A DNA stretch of 64,000 nt, from positions 192 to 64,191 of the forward strand of contig JARDZZ010000001.1 of assembly GCA_029240595.1 (NCBI GenBank), in the 5' to 3' direction. The stretch's first letter is position 1, and each line of letters opens with the position of its first letter. The stretch comes from Nitrospira sp. GTDB taxonomy: Bacteria > Nitrospirota > Nitrospiria > Nitrospirales > Nitrospiraceae. Position numbers and translations under genes: made by a program. The notes under the pieces were generated by a model that saw only the letters and a program-made list of their open reading frames with translations, was not told the DNA's origin and did no database searches. Positions 58,220 through 64,000 of this stretch are shown piece after piece.

Positions 58220-60226
58220 TCAGCAGCATCCTGTTCCCTTGGGCAACCGGAAGCCGCCATCATGCTCGTCATGAACCATCGCAGGCAGGCTCCCAGCCGA
58301 ACTGCCCCCCGTCATTACGACGATCTCACTGCTCGTGAACGGTTGCTTCAACACGACATATCCGTACCACTGCCTCATGCTGTCGCTCAACACAATCAAC
58401 CCCAACAGCGCAACTACCGCAACGAGAACCGCGTCGAGGTAGAGCGCGACCGCATCCTCGGCCGCCGATGCCGCGGCCTTCCGCAAGAACATCCAGAACA
58501 TTTCGTACGACCCCGTCAGCGTCACTACACCGATAAACAACATCGGCAGCGCCGTGACCCACAGATAGGAGGACTTCCGCATCTTGATCAACACCGTCGT
58601 GCCGATGCAAAGTGCAAGCGTTCCCAGGAGTTGATTCGCAGCACCGAACATCGGCCAGATGGTCGAAATGCTGCCAGTCCCGATGAGATAGGCCCAGGCT
58701 CCGACGACAAAGCCACTACTGGACAGCACGCCTGGCAGCCAGTTAAACCGACGAAACGGCGGATACAGACGGCCAGCCATTTCCTGAATGAGATACCGGG
58801 CCACGCGAGTCCCGGTATCAATGGTTGTCAGGATGAACAACGCCTCGAATACCAACGCAAACTGATACCAATAGGCCATGAGTCCAGCCATGCCGGGCAA
58901 TGCTGAGAAGATCGAAGCCATTCCAACGGCAAGAGAAACCGCTCCGCCGGGACGCCCTGAGACATTCGCCTCAACCAATTGAGACAGCTCTGCAATCCTT
59001 ACCGGAGGAAACCCCATCGTGGTGAGGACATCGGTGGAAAGATGCGTGTTGATTGCGAGATAGTCGCCTGGCATCAACACCGTGGCCGCGATCAATGCCA
59101 TGACGCCGACGAAACTTTCCAAGAGCATTGCGGCATACCCCACCACTGCTTGTGATTCCTGCTCGATCATCTTGGGCGTCGTCCCCGACGACACGAGCGC
59201 ATGGAAGCCGGAGACCGCTCCGCAGGCGATGGTAATAAAGAGAAACGGGAAGAGGCTGCCAGGTATGATCGGCCCCCCACCAGCGGCAAATACGGTTATT
59301 CGTGGCATCTCAATCGTTGGTGCCATCAGAACGACGCCCACTCCCAGCAATACCACGACGCCGAGTTTCATGAAGGTCGAGAGATACCCACGGGGCACCA
59401 ACAACATCCATGCGGGCAGAATGGAAGCGAGAAACCCATAGCCTGCCAGCAGCCAGACGAGTGTGGCCTTCTCGTATTCGAACCACGGCGCATAACTCGA
59501 CTGTGACACGACGCGGCCGAACAGGACGGTCATGATGAGTAACGTCACTCCTACGATTGAAACTTCGGCGACCGCTCCCGGACGGAACTTTTGAAGATAG
59601 AATCCCATGAATAGGCCGATGGGAATCGTCATCGCAATGGTAAATGTCCCCCAGGCGTTGCGATACAGTGCATTGACAACGGCGAACCCCAACCCCGCCA
59701 AGGCGACGACCACAATGAACAAGACCGCTACGGCCGTGGCACTCCCTGTCAGCGTTCCAAGTTCATCATGAGCGATCTCGGGTAGCGAGCGGCCATTGCG
59801 TCTCATGGACGCCACCAAAATGATGAAGTCCTGTACCGCTCCAGCCAGCACCGCGCCGATCACCAGCCAGAGAAATCCCGGGAGAAATCCGAATTGCGCC
59901 GCGAGCACTGGCCCGAGCAAGGGCCCGGCTCCGGCGATGGCCGCAAAATGGTGGCCGAAAAGTACCACCCTATTCGTGGGATGAAAATTCACTCCATCAT
60001 TCAATCGCACCGCAGGAGTGAGCCGATGATTGTCTAGGGAAGCGACGCGACAAGCGAGCCAGCGGCCATAGAAGCGGTAGGCCAGCACATAGATGCAGGC
60101 CGCGGCGATCACCAACCAGAGACCATTCACCTTTTCATGCGCAGAGACCAGTCCGCTCACTATGGCAAGCGCACCGGCCCCGAGCACACCGATGAAGGCC
60201 CATAGTCCCAGTTTCAACACGGACAT
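58220..60226 (-). CDS. cstA: carbon starvation protein A (peptide/pyruvate transporter family)
   Basis: GHHFAAIAGAGPLLGP, PRGYLS, IACGAVSGFH, TTIDTGTR and WPMFGAANQLL motifs. Confidence 0.95.
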   Translation of the reverse strand: MSVLKLGLWAFIGVLGAGALAIVSGLVSAHEKVNGLWLVIAAACIYVLAYRFYGRWLACRVASLDNHRLTPAVRLNDGVNFHPTNRVVLFGHHFAAIAGAGPLLGPVLAAQFGFLPGFLWLVIGAVLAGAVQDFIILVASMRRNGRSLPEIAHDELGTLTGSATAVAVLFIVVVALAGLGFAVVNALYRNAWGTFTIAMTIPIGLFMGFYLQKFRPGAVAEVSIVGVTLLIMTVLFGRVVSQSSYAPWFEYEKATLVWLLAGYGFLASILPAWMLLVPRGYLSTFMKLGVVVLLGVGVVLMAPTIEMPRITVFAAGGGPIIPGSLFPFLFITIACGAVSGFHALVSSGTTPKMIEQESQAVVGYAAMLLESFVGVMALIAATVLMPGDYLAINTHLSTDVLTTMGFPPVRIAELSQLVEANVSGRPGGAVSLAVGMASIFSALPGMAGLMAYWYQFALVFEALFILTTIDTGTRVARYLIQEMAGRLYPPFRRFNWLPGVLSSSGFVVGAWAYLIGTGSISTIWPMFGAANQLLGTLALCIGTTVLIKMRKSSYLWVTALPMLFIGVVTLTGSYEMFWMFLRKAAASAAEDAVALYLDAVLVAVVALLGLIVLSDSMRQWYGYVVLKQPFTSSEIVVMTGGSSAGSLPAMVHDEHDGGFRLPKGTGCC

Positions 60227-60397
60227 GGGGGCAATCCTAGCATAAATAGCGGATGATCAGAGGCTGGGAGGCGCGACGACTTGAGAGAGGCAGGCAACTC
60301 TGTTGGTCGATTGCTGGCTGGTAACGTAATTGGGTCGAGAACGTCGCCCCGCACGGCCGGATGCATCGGCCGGCGAGGCGTTCAGTCGGCGGCGGAA

Positions 60398-60832
60398 TTA
60401 TCCCTCGATGACAATCCGTCGGCACTTCGCTTCTTCGCGCTTGGGGAATGAAATCGTCAAGAGACCATTTTTATAGATAGCCGACGCTTTGTCATGATCC
60501 ACGATCGTCGGCAGCTTGAAGATCCGCACAAAGCGGCCATCAGCAATTTCACGCATCAGGTGTTTGCGCGAATCGCTGCTCTCCTCCGTCTTCTCACCCT
60601 TGACGGAAAGCACCTGGTCGTTCACTTCCAAGGTGACGTCTTTCGGTTCCCAGCCGGGAAGGGCCATCTGAACGTAGAATCCGTTTGAGTCTTCCCAGGC
60701 ATTACAGGCTGGGACCCAGGCTCCTTCGGCCGTGCCAAACGCACGAAGAGCTTCGTCAAACATCCGATCGATTTTCCGATCAAAGCCATCCGTCCGAACG
60801 GTCGAAAACACAGCGGGTAAATAGGTGCTCAT
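60398..60832 (-). CDS. small heat shock protein (Hsp20/alpha-crystallin)
   Basis: LPG, L.VKGE, F.R.F.LP and A.YKNGLL.I..PK motifs; strong AGGAGG RBS. Confidence 0.93.
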   Translation of the reverse strand: MSTYLPAVFSTVRTDGFDRKIDRMFDEALRAFGTAEGAWVPACNAWEDSNGFYVQMALPGWEPKDVTLEVNDQVLSVKGEKTEESSDSRKHLMREIADGRFVRIFKLPTIVDHDKASAIYKNGLLTISFPKREEAKCRRIVIEG

Positions 60833-60973
60833 AACGCTCCCTCCTCCTCTCTGTGAGAGTTCTGGTTATGGGTTATAGATTGGTTTGAATTGGCACTACC
60901 GACGAATCACACCTGCTCAGGCCTCTGTTCAGATGTATGCCGTAGTGCCAAGTCCTCTGCCCGAATCACCACA

Positions 60974-61001
60974 AAGGTAATTTTGCGATGCGCAAAGTCA
61001 A
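60974..61001 (-). promoter_or_regulatory. putative promoter of the Hsp20 gene
   Basis: TTGACT-16 bp-TACCTT, with the palindrome TTTGCG-ATG-CGCAAA lying across the spacer. Confidence 0.4.
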
Positions 61002-61249
61002 GAGGGTAGGCAAGACTCCACACGATCATCGAGGCTGAATATCCTGCTTGAGGAGGGAAACTACCGTCACCTGATCAACTGATCCCCTCTGAAGAGGGAG
61101 GAAATTCTCGGCAGAAGCGGGGTAAATTTCCGTCTGCTTTTTCACCCGGCGTCCCTTTTGCCTCTTCCGTCACGGCTGACAGTGCCACAGTTCCGCCAAG
61201 GGCTTGTATCTGCAGCGGAATCTTATGCCCTTCTTTGTAGGTATTCCTC

Positions 61250-61265
61250 TGGCCCCTGCATTGCA
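61250..61265 (+). promoter_or_regulatory. putative sigma54 (-24/-12) promoter
   Basis: TGGCCCCTGCATTGCA: GG-N10-GC with TGGC and TTGCA cores, 56 bp before the ATG at 61322. Confidence 0.55.
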
Positions 61266-61321
61266 CATTCCCTGTCAATGCTACATGTCCGGGGAATGAC
61301 CTGTCTGCCAAGGAGAAGACC

Positions 61322-61471
61322 ATGACACCTTTGATGCTCATCACGTTGATCAGCCTCGCCCCGTTTCCCATCCTCAGTGTTGCGCTCCTGGCTGGGCGCT
61401 GGTTGAAGCCACACTGTCAGTCTGTGGTGATCGCGCATGCGGCCTATAATCAGAATGGACCGTACCGATGA
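61322..61471 (+). CDS. small single-pass membrane protein (49 aa; not in ORF track)
   Basis: AAGGAG 6 bp before the ATG. Translates as MTPLMLITLISLAPFPILSVALLAGRWLKPHCQSVVIAHAAYNQNGPYR. The stop overlaps the next ATG (ATGA). Confidence 0.55.
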   Translation: MTPLMLITLISLAPFPILSVALLAGRWLKPHCQSVVIAHAAYNQNGPYR

Positions 61472-61791
61472 CGAATCAACGTCACCAATTTCGCATGCCG
61501 GTAGCCCGACGTGGCCTGGTGACGAAAGGCCAAACGACGGCTCTATGTGACGTCATAGACATCACCGAACAAGGGCTGCATTTTTCCTCGGAATTGCCTC
61601 TGACAGTGGCGGAGACAGTCCGCATTGAATGCCAGCTGGACGAAAATTCTGTTGTTCACTGCGAACTGCTGATCACACATGCCGAGCCTCCTCGCTTCGG
61701 CGGGAAAATGACGCATCTGCTCCCGGAGCATCGGCAGCAATTGGTCTCCTTTATCCAACGCTTGATCATGTCCAGCATGGCAGGGCTATAG
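61468..61791 (+). CDS. PilZ domain protein
   Basis: RxxxR (RHQFR) and a DxTxxG variant (DITEQG) of DxSxxG. Confidence 0.75.
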   Translation: MTNQRHQFRMPVARRGLVTKGQTTALCDVIDITEQGLHFSSELPLTVAETVRIECQLDENSVVHCELLITHAEPPRFGGKMTHLLPEHRQQLVSFIQRLIMSSMAGL

Positions 61792-61793
61792 CA

Positions 61794-62834
61794 ATGCTTC
61801 CTTGGCACTCGGGTGGTTCAGACAGTGAAGGATCACCCTCGCAAGCCGTGCCCATCTTGTGCTTGCTTGGCGTTGTAGCATTGCTCAGCACGATCACGCC
61901 GGCGATGAAGTACGTGCTTGAGCACAGCGGCCTGACCTTTTTGTCAATCGCCAACGGGAGAATCGTCATTGGCTTTCTTTTCCTGACTGTGATGACAGCT
62001 TGTTGGGATTGGAAGGGTGTGCGTGCCTTGACTCTCTCTGACGGGGCGCGGTTCGGCGCGCTTGGGTTGCTCGGCGTCGGATCTTACGTCGTAGCTGCCT
62101 ATGGCCTCTTATACACCAACGTCACACACTATGCGCTGATTTACAGCCTACTGCCCACGTTCACGGCGTTCTTCAGTTGGTGCCTCTCCAAGGAGCAAGT
62201 GTCATGGTCCGGATTCTCCGGCATCCTTCTCTCATGGGCAGGGTGCCTGGCAGCGCTGGCCACCAATCTTGAAGGAGGGGCAATCGAGGTTAGTTTTGGA
62301 GACCCGCTCGTGTTTCTCTTCACTCTCATGATGGCAGCCCATATTGTCATGAGTATGCACATTGTCAGACGGCATGGGGTGCTGACAGCGAACACGGCCA
62401 TGTTCGGAACCAGTGCCGTTTTGGTATCGGGCTGTTCGATGGCCTGGAGTGAGCCAGCGCCGGCGGCCGATTTGTCATGGAATGTCTGGAGTGCCGTGCT
62501 TTTCATCGGGCTAGGGACGGCCGGTGTCTTTCTCTTGCGTTGCCGATCCCTGCAGTCCTTGCCGCCTGCAACTGTAGGCGCCTATCACAATCTCATTCCG
62601 ATCTGTACCATCGCGATCGCTCATTGGTATCTGGGTGAGCCACTCACGGGGACAACCCTGATTGGAGCGCTGGCCGTACTCCTGGGCACTGAGCTCGTCC
62701 GCCGCAAGCCGCCGTGGACCAGCGTGTTGTCTGCGGTCTTCAAGAAAGAAAGCGGCGACAGAGCCGTCCCGCTGGTCGGAATGGCGGTGGCTCCTGTGGC
62801 CGCTCAAAGCACTGTCCGGCATAGTCGTGAATGA
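61794..62834 (+). CDS. DMT/EamA family transporter
   Basis: About 10 hydrophobic segments with two EamA-like halves (P.FTA..S..L.KE; L.P....IA...LGEPL); start at ATG 61794. Confidence 0.85.
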   Translation: MLPWHSGGSDSEGSPSQAVPILCLLGVVALLSTITPAMKYVLEHSGLTFLSIANGRIVIGFLFLTVMTACWDWKGVRALTLSDGARFGALGLLGVGSYVVAAYGLLYTNVTHYALIYSLLPTFTAFFSWCLSKEQVSWSGFSGILLSWAGCLAALATNLEGGAIEVSFGDPLVFLFTLMMAAHIVMSMHIVRRHGVLTANTAMFGTSAVLVSGCSMAWSEPAPAADLSWNVWSAVLFIGLGTAGVFLLRCRSLQSLPPATVGAYHNLIPICTIAIAHWYLGEPLTGTTLIGALAVLLGTELVRRKPPWTSVLSAVFKKESGDRAVPLVGMAVAPVAAQSTVRHSRE

Positions 62835-62894
62835 TGCCGCCCCTCTAAGGAGGGATACATTCGGCCACGGGCGACACAGTAGACTGACGTTACG

Positions 62895-63260
62895 ATGAAA
62901 GAGAGCAGGCCCTACCACCGCGGCCTCTATCGCCTGCCGCTGAGCTACCCGGTCATGTATTGTGTGGCAGCCACCGTTGGAGAAGGTACGATATCCAACC
63001 TGTCGGCTGTGGGATGCTCACTTAAAACGGATGAACCGCTGCGGGAGAATCAACAAGTGGCACTCCGACTCCTTCTTCCGGATCAAAGCGAATCCCTGCC
63101 CATCGACGCAGCCGAAGTCAAATGGGTCAAAGGCACACATGCCGGCATCGAATTCGTCCACGTGGACCGCGAAGCAAACTTGCGCTTGCATTCGTTTGTC
63201 TGGGACAAGATGATCGAGCGGATTCACTTCCTGCAGCAGCAGCGCTCAGGATCGTCCTAG
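62895..63260 (+). CDS. PilZ domain protein
   Basis: RxxxR (RGLYR), NLSAVG and VKW...AGIEF. Confidence 0.85.
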   Translation: MKESRPYHRGLYRLPLSYPVMYCVAATVGEGTISNLSAVGCSLKTDEPLRENQQVALRLLLPDQSESLPIDAAEVKWVKGTHAGIEFVHVDREANLRLHSFVWDKMIERIHFLQQQRSGSS

Positions 63261-64000
63261 GACTTCGGTCGCTGACTGCCAGGTGGTTTCTTTCCGAGAA
63301 TCGCCAAGCAAGCCAGACCGATTATGATCCAGACTAATTCCCTGAAACGCCTCAAGAGCGCGAAGGTCATTCCCGTCAGGTCTGAGTACCCGAAGGCCCT
63401 CAGCAAGAGCAAATTCCCTCCATCCTGAGCACCCAAACTCCCCGGAATGAAGAATGTCCCGCCTTTGATCAAGACGGATAACGCCCCGATCGCAATGGCA
63501 GACAGAAGACTCGCAGGCCCGCCGAGAAAGGAAATGATCACGAAGACTTCCACTGCTTCAGCGAGCCATCCCAGCAGATACAGACCCGTTGAAGCATAAA
63601 ATGCCGATTGATGATGGGCATAGAACCCCAGAATCGTCCTGTCGAGCGACCGAAGTTTCTCGGCGCGCACTTCAAGAAAGGTCATGCGGAGGCCAACCCG
63701 ACGAAATATCTCCAGCAACCACGTAAACAGTCCGCGTCTTTGCACGAGGACGAATGCGGCAATCCCACATGACAACAAGGCCGCGCTGAGCAGTGCCGCG
63801 GCAGTCATCTGGAGCGACGATCCGGCCGCCCCCAGCGTCCAGAAGGCCAGCGCGATTCCAATCAAGATGAATAAGACTTGGGCGATCGTCATAATCGTTT
63901 TGGCAATCACGACCGAGGCGAGGCCCTCGACCATCGGGATGTGGTGCCTTTGAAGGAGGTACGCCTTAAGCGGCTCCCCGCCGATATAGGCAGTAGGCGT
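63257..64000 (-). CDS. flippase-like / lysylphosphatidylglycerol synthase TM-domain protein (5' part outside window)
   Basis: The frame is open to the window edge (TPTAYIGGEPLKAYLL); IPGSLGAQDGG and ALLRRFRE motifs. Confidence 0.75.
   Translation of the reverse strand, partial: TPTAYIGGEPLKAYLLQRHHIPMVEGLASVVIAKTIMTIAQVLFILIGIALAFWTLGAAGSSLQMTAAALLSAALLSCGIAAFVLVQRRGLFTWLLEIFRRVGLRMTFLEVRAEKLRSLDRTILGFYAHHQSAFYASTGLYLLGWLAEAVEVFVIISFLGGPASLLSAIAIGALSVLIKGGTFFIPGSLGAQDGGNLLLLRAFGYSDLTGMTFALLRRFRELVWIIIGLACLAILGKKPPGSQRPKS

Noticed and set aside
58160-58222. Selenocysteine readthrough of the cstA TGA after Cys-Cys
   Set aside because: No convincing SECIS hairpin; the downstream sequence is the yajQ RBS and start
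60890-60951. Canonical CIRCE or sigma54 promoter for hsp20
   Set aside because: The half-sites are 42 bp apart rather than about 9, and neither TGGCAC has GC at the -12 position
61075-61438. Minus-strand ORFs of 98 and 71 aa
   Set aside because: No motifs; they overlap the better-supported plus-strand promoter and 49-aa ORF

Overview
GC-rich bacterial chromosomal window, most likely Nitrospirota (Nitrospira-like). This is inferred from gene content and order, not from a database search. Most of it is minus-strand housekeeping DNA: asnS, a dcw cluster (rsmH-ftsL-ftsI-murE-murF-mraY-murD-ftsW-murG-murC-murB-ddl-ftsQ-ftsA-ftsZ) followed by pgeF-yggS-proC-yggT-divIVA, then pilC-pilS-pilR, ispE-prs-rplY-pth-ychF, rpsF-ssb-rpsR-yceD-rpmF-plsX-fabH-fabD-fabG-acpP-fabF-rnc, two cyclophilins and folD-metF-panB. 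The most notable element is a tightly coupled plus-strand cassette of about 5.4 kb between ychF and rpsF. It encodes an inactive ImuB-like Y-family protein, a DnaE2-type polymerase, a UdgX-type covalent uracil-DNA trap and an isochorismatase-family cysteine hydrolase. It has no imuA and is preceded by a perfect palindrome (TGTAACCA-T-TGGTTACA). Other notable items are an unannotated 49-aa membrane microprotein heading a putative sigma54-dependent PilZ-DMT-PilZ unit, MraZ-type repeats with no adjacent mraZ, an S6:S18-like rpsF leader, a secreted protein with periodic IG/STVGS repeats, and a CstA ending in a YbdD-like Cys-Cys tail. I found no tRNA, rRNA, CRISPR array, integrase or transposase.
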